DNA of 59,612 nt, filler included, from Sphacelaria rigidula (lineage: Eukaryota), in the NCBI GenBank assembly GCA_964200075.2. It is 7 parts of 7 records of this genome, joined end to end, with 100 filler letters (N's around TTAATTAATTAA, not from the genome) between each part and the next. Parts side by side here need not be neighbours in the genome. Positions count along the whole stretch, not along the records: positions 42,653 to 51,082 come from CAXNAA020011153.1; positions 51,183 to 59,612 come from CAXNAA020011154.1; 5 more parts are not named here. One strand, written 5' to 3'. The translations under genes were made by a program, and so were the position numbers. Positions within the stretch are counted from its first letter, which is position 1; each line of letters opens with the position of its first letter. Positions 48,701 to 59,612 of the stretch are shown in pieces. Below the pieces are notes generated by a model that had not been told where the DNA came from, made no database searches, and saw nothing but the letters and a program-made list of their open reading frames with translations.

Positions 48701-49300
48701 CGCGGCTTGAGGGGGGGAGGGGGGGGGAATCGACGTACATGGTGCTGACCATGTGACAAATATCCGCCAAATCATAATCGTGTTTTGCGCAACTGGCAAT
48801 ACGGACGCTCGCGCATTCAGCAGAAAGGGCTCCGAGAAGACTATCCTGAAAACGCCCATCAGGTATCGGCTGGCCCATTTCCTCCGTACGATCACGAGCC
48901 ATCTATGGTTTAGAGGATATCGTCCGGACCATCTCCGGACTGCATCACGGTTGTGTGCAACCTCTCGCGCTGGCACTTCTGTGTTACTGTCGGATTTTTG
49001 TTGCAGCGCTCCCCACCCCGTTGGTCCGCCGCCTGCTCCACCCTCTTACGTTTCCCCCATATATCGTATGACAGTGTTGTGTGGTGGTAGTTCGGTGTTG
49101 GAAGACAGCACACGGAACCGGTCATGGTTAGCACGGTCCCAAGCCGTTGGGACTACCGTGGGACGGGGGGGGGGGGTACGGTGGCTCATTAGGGCGGTTT
49201 GGGGTCTCGGCTTGCCCTGCAAGATATCTGCGACCGCCTTCTGGTGGAGGGGACGTACAGCCCGGAGTTTGCCTTGTACTCCGTGAAACTGGCTTTGTTT
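45771..49300 (-). mobile_element. Decayed, internally deleted Ty1/copia element
   Basis: gag-like MGQPIPDGRFQDSLLGAL...DLADICHMVSTMY (~48730-48900). Protease VVVDSGVSGHY...CLVVPGLMRHLFSV (47680-47935). Post-integrase YRV*NPATRRIMNSKSVVF (~47335-47395). RT remnant QLVYNTAFL (~46019-46046). RNase H AQSTMDAELVAA...VYIDNTSTI...SSRVKHL (45771-45965). 5' boundary approximate. Confidence 0.88.
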
Positions 49301-51009
49301 CTCCCACCGGTTCACGGGCAGAGCCTCAGGACCCCTTGAATGCCCTTGTCGTTGTCCGACATCGCGATCCCGTTCGGTACAGAGTGAAAGGAAGATTAAT
49401 ACGTGAATGACATTGTCGTCAGGATTGGTGTCCCCCACCGCAGTAGCGGCTCGTTCCGACGCCGCGTAACTTCAAAGTCACGAAAGGGAAGGAAAAAAGA
49501 AGGGAAATTGTGACAAAAAAAACACCACCGCTTGATACATGACCCCCCGCCACAGTAGTGTCCTTGGCCACAGCCGCTCAACGAACACAGCGGACAAGAC
49601 GTGGTGATATCGGACGCAATATTTGAGTGACGATGAAGCAACGGCGGTACACTTCAGTAGTAGACGCGCACAAGTGTGGTCCTACCAAGGAATTCGAACA
49701 CTGTTCCGCAGATCAGCTGAAGATGTTTGACCCGACTCGATGTAGAGTCGCTGTCCTAAAATGTATCACACACCCTGATAAGTTCAGGTTGCGACCCACC
49801 GTTGTAGTGCAAGACCAGCGCAAATTTACACCCTGGACAGTAGATTACACTGTCAAAATGTGTACTGCGTATATTATGGAATACATGATCTAATGCAACA
49901 GACGTCACAGTAGATACTGTACACAGTGCACTTTTTGACAACGCGATCCATTGTCCAGGGCGTACACAATTTCGCGCCGTCTCCGAAATATTATGGGTCC
50001 TGCTTGGTTTCAGCTGTAGTATCAGACGGCAACCGTTGTTGTACCGCTTTTCCTCAAAGCACCACGCACCACTGTGCCGAGGTTGCGACGCACTGTTGTT
50101 GTAGTACCAGACGGGCATAGATTTAGTGCCACCCCTTGACTTGACTAAACTCACGTTGTTCCAAGAAAATATCCCTTAGTGATTCTATGCCGCTGGTTCA
50201 AATTCCAATGTTTTTCCCAAACTCTGCTCCGTGTGCGCCCTACAAAACGCATTCTCAATTAGTGTGTTGAGAAATGTCCCTAATATAGGAGCTTCTCGGT
50301 GTGATCGCAAAGGTTGGCGCTGGTGGCATTTATGTCAAGCGAGCAGACGCGCTGAGCTAGGAGTGCAGACAGATAATGGTGTTAAAGATACCGCTCGCGG
50401 GCAAAACAGTCCGGGACGACCCGCCGTGCGGAACGGTCCGGAGCGGAGAGTAACACAACAAGGCGACACCCCACTACACCCTCCCTGCACACCGAAATGT
50501 CGGAGGCTGCACCGGGCACCTACAATGCTATCCAAAGACACTGCTGTACTGATCCCTTGATCGCCCATAAAACATGACGTTACGAGGCGTTTAGTAAATG
50601 AGCTCCAAAGCCTCATTTTCCCAATCTATGAGTGCAATTCTTCAGACTTCAACTCCAAGCATGGGGGTGAACATTTGTTGCGCCGGTGCGATGAAGCTAG
50701 CTGGCAGGGTACAAAATCCCGCCCCCTTCATTTTAGTGTAACAATGTTTTTCGGGTACGACACTTTCTACGACAGCCGCCCCCCCCCCCCAAATGGTGTC
50801 TGGTTTGGGGGGGCAAAATCTGCACGTTAATCGAAACGAAACAAGCCGAGCACAACGATCAGTTGGGAATTCCCACACTTGGTTCCGTTCTCGCCAATGT
50901 CGCCCATATGAGGCGCTTCATGCAGCCTGAAACCAAACATCAGGCGCTCCATGACCATTGTCTTCGTGACAGTGTTAGGCTGGTGTTCGGGGGGGGGAGG
51001 GGGGGGGGG

Positions 51010-51047
51010 CGTACTCATTCGTTGCTTGCCTTAGTCGTTTGACCATT
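51010..51047 (-). mobile_element. Family B partial module between G-runs; another partial copy at 51200-51254 (+) in the next contig
   Basis: cgtactcattcgttgcttgccttagtcgtttgaccatt. Confidence 0.8.
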
Positions 51048-51391
51048 CGGGGGGGGGGGGGGGCGCCACCGGAGAAAGACCCNNNNNNNNNNNNNNNNNN
51101 NNNNNNNNNNNNNNNNNNNNNNNNNNTTAATTAATTAANNNNNNNNNNNNNNNNNNNNNNNNNNNNNNNNNNNNNNNNNNNNCCAAAGGGGAGGGGGGCC
51201 AATGGTCAAATAGCTAAGGCAAGCAACAAAAGAGTACGCCCCCCCCCCCCCCCCTTCACTTCCGGGTATACGACACGGAACACAACACTTGAAGACTCGA
51301 GCTCTGATTCCTTTTGCTACCTTTGCACTTGAACCTTCTCCTGTCAAGGGGGATAAGGGCTTCCAAAAGGAAAGGATTGTGTACTGTAATG

Positions 51392-51956
51392 AGACCATCT
51401 TGTATGGAAACCAAGCCGTGTTTGTACAAATATGAGCATTTCAGTTTTTCTCCCGTGGATTGATATTTTGGACCCCAGTCCGTTGGGCAGTGTTTTTCGG
51501 CTAGCTGTGAGAAAACCAGATCAGCTCTCCGATTCTCTGGACGTTGACTTTTGGTTTATCACCTTCCTGCTTAGATCGGGACACTCCCGCATCTGCCCCA
51601 AATGATGGTCTACATCGGGGGAGATGCGGCAGTGTCCCGATCTAAGCAGGAAGGTGATAAACCAAAAGTCAACGTCCAGAGAATCGGAGAGCTGATCTGG
51701 TTTTCACAGCTAGCCGAAAAACACTGCCCACATCGGGGGAGATGCGGCAGTGTCCCGATCTAAGCAGGAAGGTGATAAACCAAAAGTCAACGTCCAGAGA
51801 ATCGGAGAGCTGATCTGGTTTTCTCACAGCTAGCCGAAAAACACTGCCCAACGGACTGGGGTCTGAAAAATCAATCCACGGAAGAAAGTCGCCTGTAAAC
51901 GGGCTGATATACTCATATTTGTACAAATACGGTTTGGTTGCCATACAAAATGGTCT
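51392..51956. repeat. Long near-perfect inverted repeat with a ~118-bp tandem duplication in the right arm
   Basis: Left arm 51392-51604 is the reverse complement of 51730-51956, and 51612-51729 duplicates 51730-51850. Confidence 0.92.
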
Positions 51957-52036
51957 GACCTCCATAACAAACACGCCCTCACAAAATATGGATCCCCCCC
52001 CCGACCCCGCCTCCCTTCAAGAAACTCGAAGAATAC

Positions 52037-52190
52037 GTCACGGCGCTCCGCGCTTGGTGATTACGAGCCTGGTCCGGCCAAGACCCGGCGTGTTCCTGCC
52101 CGGCTCCGTCGGGATGAGAGGTCAACGGTCTTATGACTGCGGTATGCAAGATTATGAGTAGATGCCCCCCCCCCCGCCCCCACCCCCCCT
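52037..52190 (+). mobile_element. Family A 5'-truncated copy ending in poly(C)
   Basis: cacggcgctccgcgcttggtgattacgagcctggtccggc...gggatgagaggtcaacggtcttatgact...atgagta followed by a C-run. Confidence 0.8.
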
Positions 52191-55100
52191 GGCTATCCGA
52201 TGTCAGGGTTAATCTGTGGCTCGGATTTTTTCTAGACTGACCAGACGTCAAACTCTCTGTGAGAATCATGTTTTCATCATGACCTGCCTCGAAGGATCTT
52301 TCCCACGACGAAAACAGCTCGAGCGATCTTCATCCAACAGCTTTCGGGAACGTGCGGTCGAACGTGCGGTGAACCGAAGAAGAACATAACTATTACTCCG
52401 GACGCGCTCCGGAGTATAATACTACAGCTTGACGGAGGGTTTGTACTTCGCCACCTGCGGTAAGAATATTTAGTATTTACTCCCCGATAGCGGGCTGGGA
52501 CATGATGCTTCCGACCAAAATATATAGCGGGGATACCATGCATCAGAGTAAATCTATGCTTCCTACACTACAGGTAGTGCAAAGTAAAGAGGCGATGCCA
52601 CCGTGGCTAACCATGGTGAGAGATGAGACGGTACCCATCCACTCACTCTTTCGCAACATGCCTGATAAAATAAAGTACGTTCGGAGCAACGTGAAGCGCG
52701 GTATACAAGAGCCGAGTAGAGTACAGAGTGGAGTATGCGTATCAATTTCCAGGCAGAACACTACTTGCAGCTGATCTTTCTTGCTGGTTTGATGGGGGAG
52801 CAGCTGCCGTCCCCAACATGGGACACCATTACTCCACGATATGAGTGTGCACTCGTCGTGCGATACAGCAGTCTGTTGTTTCCTGTTCGCTGTTCTCGTG
52901 TCCTGGGGTCGGGTGCATTTTCGGAACAAAACTTGCGAATTTGAAAACTTACACTTGTCTGTTGTACCAGGGTTGTACTATTTACCAATAGTCGGGGCAA
53001 TCTTTTTCAAATGAAGGGAAGATCAAACATACACACCTCATTTTCCCCGCCGGAACGACAGACAATATCAGCCATCTCCGACATGACGACGAAGACGTGC
53101 GTAAATTTATGTAGAATAAGCCCAAGACGTGGCGATAAGATCGCCCAGAGGAGGTATTCCACACGATATTACCACATTACTGTTGTCGCTCGGCACCACG
53201 TTTTCTGGACAGGACCAGGCAGTCCCATATCTGTACTTGTCCTCGCGTTTTTCGGAACAGTATACAATTAATGAAGCGAAGAAAATATATACTATTTTCC
53301 AAATGATAGTCTTGTCCTATGGTCATCTTTTGATATCGCTAGTGTGTGGGCCTCCTGTCGCCCACTTGGTTGTGCTCGCTGCTCACCTCCCCCCGATATC
53401 CTCATCACCCCAAGGACACCATGGCTCCCGGGAAGAAGTCGGTGGGTTCTGCTTTGATAGCCTTTCTTCAGATGAAGCAGTTGTTTCGGCTCCTGTGTCA
53501 TGTATTTCCTCCTGGTTCTTGGTTGTGCTCGTTAGTTCGGATGCAAGCACCATCCTGTTGGTGACGGGGTACAACACCCCTCAGTTGGTGTACCTACCTT
53601 GACTTTCAGTGGAAACTGTGATGTCCAGACTCCTTGAAAGTTGCCTCAAACATCATGGAGTTGTCTCGATAGTTGAGTTATCCTGAACGTGTCGAGTTTC
53701 AGTTCTCCTGATCGTCGACGTTGAACAATCGATCGCCCCGGGGTGTTACACTCTGTCACCACACAGGTGGAGAGAGGGTTCGTGGCCTCGCGGCGCCCGC
53801 GGGGTTGCTTGCAGTGGAGAGCATCGCTAGTTTTATTGGAAAGCCATAACTTGAGGATGGATAACTCATCTATCTGATATCACTACCGTAGCAGAGTTGG
53901 CGGTGTCGGCATGTTGATTTCCACTTAATGCCACGGTCCCTGATGTGATGTGGTGTATGCAATACAGCAAATGCATTTGTCGTGGGCAACATGTTGGTCG
54001 TTGATGTCGGGGCATAGCACCCCCAGTCACGAAGTAGCAAGGTTGGACATTGCAGACAGGCTACCTACCTGCTGTTTTGGTGTCGGCATTGGTGGAATTG
54101 AAATGATCGGTACCCGCAACACGTCGCCATGGGTACAGCTCAGTATTACCTGTCTCTCGTCCGTACGCCCAGCCGGAAGACGGGGAAAACAATTTTATAT
54201 TCTACTGCGTAGCAGCAATGCTGTGCTGCCGTTCCGTCAGTTACTGTACTCAAAATGTCTTCCACCATCGCTGCCGGCGACATGATGAGCCTGTTCTTGG
54301 TCTAGAAGTACTGTTGTGTTGTATATACCGCGCTGTACCGTACTGTACGGTGCCTTCCCGTCCCACAAAATACTGTACCGTGGTCTTGTGCCTGGCGCCG
54401 AGCCATCTTGCCACGTACTGAACGACCATTTGATCAAGAACATATGTCAGCACAGCACCCCACACCACACGGACCATACCGTACCGTACCACGGCTAAGC
54501 GTGCCGTACAACATACATTCATACAGTACAGTTCGGTAGAGTAAAATATACAGAGCAAACTAATCGCGCATTTGGCGGGGCAACCTGCAGTCAAATCACT
54601 ACGATCCATGTGGACAGCTTCCGAGCGTACTGGGTAAAATATGTACCTTATTCCAACCATCATCCGCCAAAAAAGTTGCAAAAGACTTGTACTTCACACA
54701 GAACATTCTTCGTCTGAAGCATTATTGACCATATACATAATTCTCCCTCCAACCAACGCGTTGCGTGGACCAACAGCGCCATCGCTGAGAATCTTCTTTG
54801 CCCGTACCTATTGTTCCAAAAGTGCATCCCCACAGTTGCTGTATTATCAAAAAACACAAATCCCTATCAGATAGACACATCTCGACTGATATCATACAGG
54901 TAGGTTCATGCCAGCTCTTTTCTCCCTAGTCGAAAAGCCTTCACTCATGAAAATGTGGGTGTAGTGCACCTACATGGAAATGAGTCCAGGAAAACTCCTG
55001 CCGTTCCTACCTGTAGTGATCATTTGTTCAGAGTCAAAGACACTCTTCATGTCTCCGGTGGATTCAACGGCAAGAAGCAGAGCGCGTGCCATAGCTCTTT

Positions 55101-56835
55101 ACTGAACAATCTTCTGCATGTGCTGGGGTTTCTGCAAAGTGTTTCACAACACTACGGGCGGTTCGAAGCTGCCCTGAACATGAGATAGGCCAGGCAGGCG
55201 GAATGGACCACGAGCAGGTTGAAGAGGACACTATTTGTGTCCATGTATGAACGGTAAAAAAAGCCGTTACCGAAATCATGATGTTTGGACAACGAAGCGG
55301 CCCATCTGTATCGGCAATAATAACGTTCGTGATGGCTGTTTGATCAGGATGTCCACTCTGGTGCCCTTGAGCCTCGTCTCTCGCTTGAAATTTCCCATGG
55401 AAGATTTCCACACACATATGGTTAATTTGATGAGCTTCTCGGCTCTTGTGCCGAGATCACTCACCCCCTGTCGAAAACCACCCCCCTCGCCCCCTGGAAA
55501 ACTCCAAATGCACCTGGACTGGTGGTCTGGGAAACTGTTCCGAGACGACGCTCGGTGGTGAAGGGCCTGGTCGTTCGACGAACCATCTCGCCATACTTTT
55601 CGATATGTAGATCAATTACCGGAGCAGGTACGGGGGCATGTGAAGACTTCCGACAGTGGCTTGGAAATGTTTTTGTCAGCTGACTGTTGGATCGTGTCGT
55701 CCTCCCGGCATCGACTTTGAAGTATACCAAAAGAAAGGGACATTGAATATATCATGTTCACACTTGACCCTTCGACCGCGAGGGTAGGTTACGTGCTGAA
55801 TCGGCATCGAGATTCCCTGGAAGAAAGTATGCGTGATCCAGGCAGACTCCCAGCATCACGGACTGAAGGTTGAGCGCCGTACAGTACCGTGTTGAACAGT
55901 GGAGTTCACTCGAGCGCAGTACAGCACACATAACAGTACGGCATTAAATGGAACCCTGCACTACTCTGTATATTGCGGAACGGTACGTAACAGCGTTACG
56001 TACGTCACATTGGTACTGTCTTATAACCAACAAGCAAACGAAGTAGCACGGCGAAGACATAACACCCTGGACAAAAGAGTACATGATCGGAAAGTGGACA
56101 GGCTGGACCGCCTAAGAAGCGAACAGGAACACCGACACGCGGCTCAATTCCGGGCCTTCTCTAGCGGAGAATTTCGGCACAAAATACAGGGGGGACGAGC
56201 AAAGATCCCATCCTTCCTTTCACCTCTGTTTCTGTGAGTCATCTGCGACTTGGTTTCGAGAACATGTTCTGAAATATTCCGTTGCCAATAACCCACGGAA
56301 AAGATGGGGAGGACATCCGACGTCTTCGCACATGTATCCTGTACATCGAGTTTGAATTTTCTACTAAACGACCCGAAATTGAGCAGCAGAGTCCCATTTT
56401 CGTGTGGGAAATTGGTGCCTGTGTGGAGATGGACCACCCACGAATAGTTGGAGCGCAGGTATGCTGTTCAAGTTTTATAGACACGACGTGCACGAGGCAT
56501 GTTCGAAGACCCCATCATCCTCACGTTTTTTCAACAAATGATCAACGAGTTTGAATCGAAAAGCTGTTCCGGAACTCCAATTGTCAAAAATGCGAGAAAG
56601 GGTGAGGGGAAAAACGACAGGGGCTCGGCACATACCTCGTGTACGTCTTGTCGAAATGTCCCAGTGGACGACTTGAGATGAAGCGTTGAAATTCTGCTCT
56701 GTCGGAAATGGCCGACTCGCTTACAACGTACGACCTCAGCGTGAATCTCGACGTTTTATTCGCCCACTGCTGCGCCGGTTCGGAGAGTATCGTCTAAGCC
56801 TCGAGGCGCCGGGGGGGATGAGGAGGAGCAGGGGC

Positions 56836-56902
56836 GTACTCATCTATCGCCTCAATCGTTTGACCATTGACCACGCATCCACTTCTAGACGGAGCACCGT
56901 TG
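56836..56902 (-). mobile_element. Family B / LINE 3' end
   Basis: gggg-cgtactcat...cgtttgaccattgaccacgcatcc...agacggagcaccgtt. Confidence 0.8.
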
Positions 56903-57092
56903 CAAGTGCAGGTCGAGTAGAGTGTACTGAACTGAGGGGTATTTTGTCATTCGTACTTGGATGGGGTTGTGGGGATCATTTTACAGCTAAATATTGGGTA
57001 TGACACCCTACACTACACCCTATTTTGAGTACCCCAAGTACGTTTTTCGAAAATACCATGCAATCGAGTATACTCCACTCAACCTGCCCTTG
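56903..57092. mobile_element. Short hAT-like MITE related to 2312-3061
   Basis: TIRs caagtgcaggtcgagtagagtgtact / agtatactccactcaacctgcccttg, with 8-bp flanks caccgttg / cactgttc. Confidence 0.75.
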
Positions 57093-58276
57093 CACTGTTC
57101 CTTACTGTATCGCGTTTGGTGAGTTTTAATCTGGGTCTTTTTTTTTTGGTTTTTGCTTGTCTGTGACCCACTGAAGGCGTCCGCATTGGATGCCCAGTAC
57201 TAATGTACCACGCAGATATCGGAACGATTTTTCACAATCACCGTCAGCCTTCCTTCCTGTTCGTTTTCCTCCCTAGTTTTTTGTAAATAATAATGGAAAA
57301 TACCAAATGGCTACTGACGGTTGGTTCCATAAGATTCTCGGGAAAAATATAAGACGAGATGGATTTCACGAGACGAGCCCTCATGGCTTGCATTTTTTTA
57401 AATAATGCCAGATTGACTTGTTTTTTTCTCGTTTTTTCATTCACGGCGCGTTGAGACTGGCGACGCCCGCCAGCCCTGAAAATGGTTGTGTCTTTGACAT
57501 GTGCGGGCTCTCCCGAGAGCAATGTCGAACATGCCCAGCGCCGTTTACACACTAGACCAAACTTTACTTCGCCATCCCGGCGCACGCGAGAAGGCGACAG
57601 GGGTTGATATATTGGCATCGACCGTGCTATCGAAAATCTGCAGCACCGATGGTACCCAGCGCATAGATAACGGAAAATTGCCGGTGCTGCCTCATGCAAG
57701 GAGTTGTGGGTGTCAGTTTGCACACAACACTACTTGGCACGGCTGTAAAAAAAATGATGCGCACAACGTGAGATACAAAACGTGGACAACGTGCATAATA
57801 GACTAGGATCCACATGCCATGCTGGACTTGACGGCTGCCCATAATAATTCGGATGGCGTGCAGTTCAGACAGTATATGGGTCCCTCGCATTCCACAGCAC
57901 AGTGGGGTGGAAGCGTTGATTTGCCAGTAGTACAACGGCCGCACTAGATGTAATGTGTACAACGTGCAGTGCACACAGAACCAAGCAGTACAATATTGCC
58001 CATCCTGCCTGCCGCATACGGCAGTATACATGCGCACATCTTGTTGAGACTGTACTATGCAACGGCTGCACTAGAATTGACGGAGAAGTGCAGTACAGAC
58101 GATGGTAGTACTGAAATATACAAAAACATACCTCCCCCGATCGCTGCTGGTCCAGCTCGCAGTGTCGTGTTAAAACTGACATCTTCAGCCCAAACTGTCA
58201 TATCCCGTATGCGATAGTACCGTATGTAGCCAGCTTTTAGCTCAGAGTATAACCATCGTTTTTTCGCCACTGTCTA

Positions 58277-58460
58277 GTGCATCGAATGATTTCATGCCAC
58301 TTTCGTTCACGTCCGCATTCCCCCCTCTAGCACGTCCCGTTCCCATTTCTATAGTTCCCAGTCTTGAACCATGAAACTTGTGCTCCCTATTGCTCCCCGA
58401 AGGTATAGTTATGTCCATCTACTCCCTCCTCTAAACGGCTACTGGTATATTTTCTTTCTG
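58277..58460 (-). mobile_element. Internal fragment of the same LINE ORF2
   Basis: Aligns with 34424-34615 (tgcatc.aa.gatttcatgccac.ttcgttcacgt.ccgcatt.cccctc.agcacgtcccgttcc). Confidence 0.78.
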
Positions 58461-59612
58461 GGACGGGCAGAGAGGGGGGGGAGAGGATGGATGTGGGATT
58501 GAAGAGGGGCGCGATCATGCTGATTCATCAGCGCACATGATTTTGTCCCCCCACTTTCCCGAGTTTCCGATATATTGGTGCCTTTCCCGTATTTGGTGAC
58601 GAAACCACCCCGTCATCCGACTTGAATTCCATGTTCGAAAAATCATCCATGTCACGGTGCCCCGCCCCGTCGGGGAAGAATGTTCACGTCCATTTTTTTG
58701 ATCGATTTATGACGGACAGGGGATCGTTTGAATAAGTCACCATTGTTTCGTTTTGTACTTCGCGAAATTCTGACGCTGACCAGGAACATATACGGTGTAA
58801 GAAGGTGCCGTCACTGACCGGTCACTCTTGCCTCCAACACATACGCAACTTTTGTTTGTTCGGTTATTCAGGGGTCCAATCACCACCTTTCTCGTCGTGT
58901 TTGCAAGTTCCCGAAAGATCCGGATGCATGTCGAGATCGTTATGTGAAAGTGGTGATCACCGGTTAAGCATGCTCCGGGGACGGGATGGGACGTGGAAGA
59001 TTCAGTTGCCCGAGAGATCCGAAATCATTCGTCAATATCGTACGTTCCAGATACGATATTTGGTCGTGGTTGTCGGGGACGGGTTGGTGCGATGTGGGGG
59101 CCCATTCCAACAGATACAATCTAGCAGATTCGAGTGGACGGCGTACTGCCATATGAGCATCGAGTTTCCGAACGATCCGTAGAACAGCCAGCACATCCCA
59201 TGTCCCTGGCTGTTTACGGGGACGGAAAAGGGACTATCAGCGGTGGACGTTCCCTGGTGAGGTACTCCCGCGTGCCTCCCCCCCTCACCGCCCCGCCCCC
59301 GTAGCCATCCGAGTATTGAGTTCAGGCGTCAGGAACGTCGTGATTGCCACGTATCGCTTCCACCGCGCGATTGAAGAAGCCTCATTTCTCATAACGGAAG
59401 CATCCTGAGTCAAGATGAAATACTTGTGCGTAAGGGTACTCCTCTCGTCTCGTCTCCTTTTCCATCTCCTCGTCGCGCAGTTTTTAGCAATTGCTCACTG
59501 TTGAGCTCTGGGGAAAAACTTGACCTCTCAGCCCTGTAGCCCTGTAGTTTCTCGGTTGATCCTCGTGCCGCCCTCGTTTCTTTGAACTACCCCCCCGCCC
59601 CCCCCACCGTCT

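Overview
Repeat-rich eukaryotic genomic DNA. The intron-rich gene with GC-rich exons, the GH16 beta-1,3-glucanase and the repeat style suggest a brown alga or other stramenopile, but this is inference only. The window is not one locus. It is seven pieces (8431, 8431, 8430, 8430, 8430, 8430, 8430 bp) joined by 100-bp N/TTAATTAATTAA spacers, most likely size-sorted contigs, so no linkage can be inferred across spacers. One clear host gene is present: the last five exons of a GH16 laminarinase/beta-glucan-binding-type protein with a C-terminal transmembrane helix (502-7754, +). A second, weakly supported spliced gene lies on the minus strand near 26.2-27.2 kb. The rest is mostly transposons: two decayed Ty1/copia elements, two tRNA-derived SINE families, and hAT-like, PIF/Harbinger-like and Sola-like non-autonomous DNA elements and fold-backs. 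The most notable pattern is a non-LTR retroelement set in three size classes: a LINE whose ORF2 runs to its very end, a ~460-500 bp non-coding partner, and ~66-nt stand-alone copies. All three share one structured 3' module (GTGCTC...GAGTAC) and sit in poly(C)/poly(G) tracts rather than carrying poly(A) tails. Most ORF-track entries are spurious.
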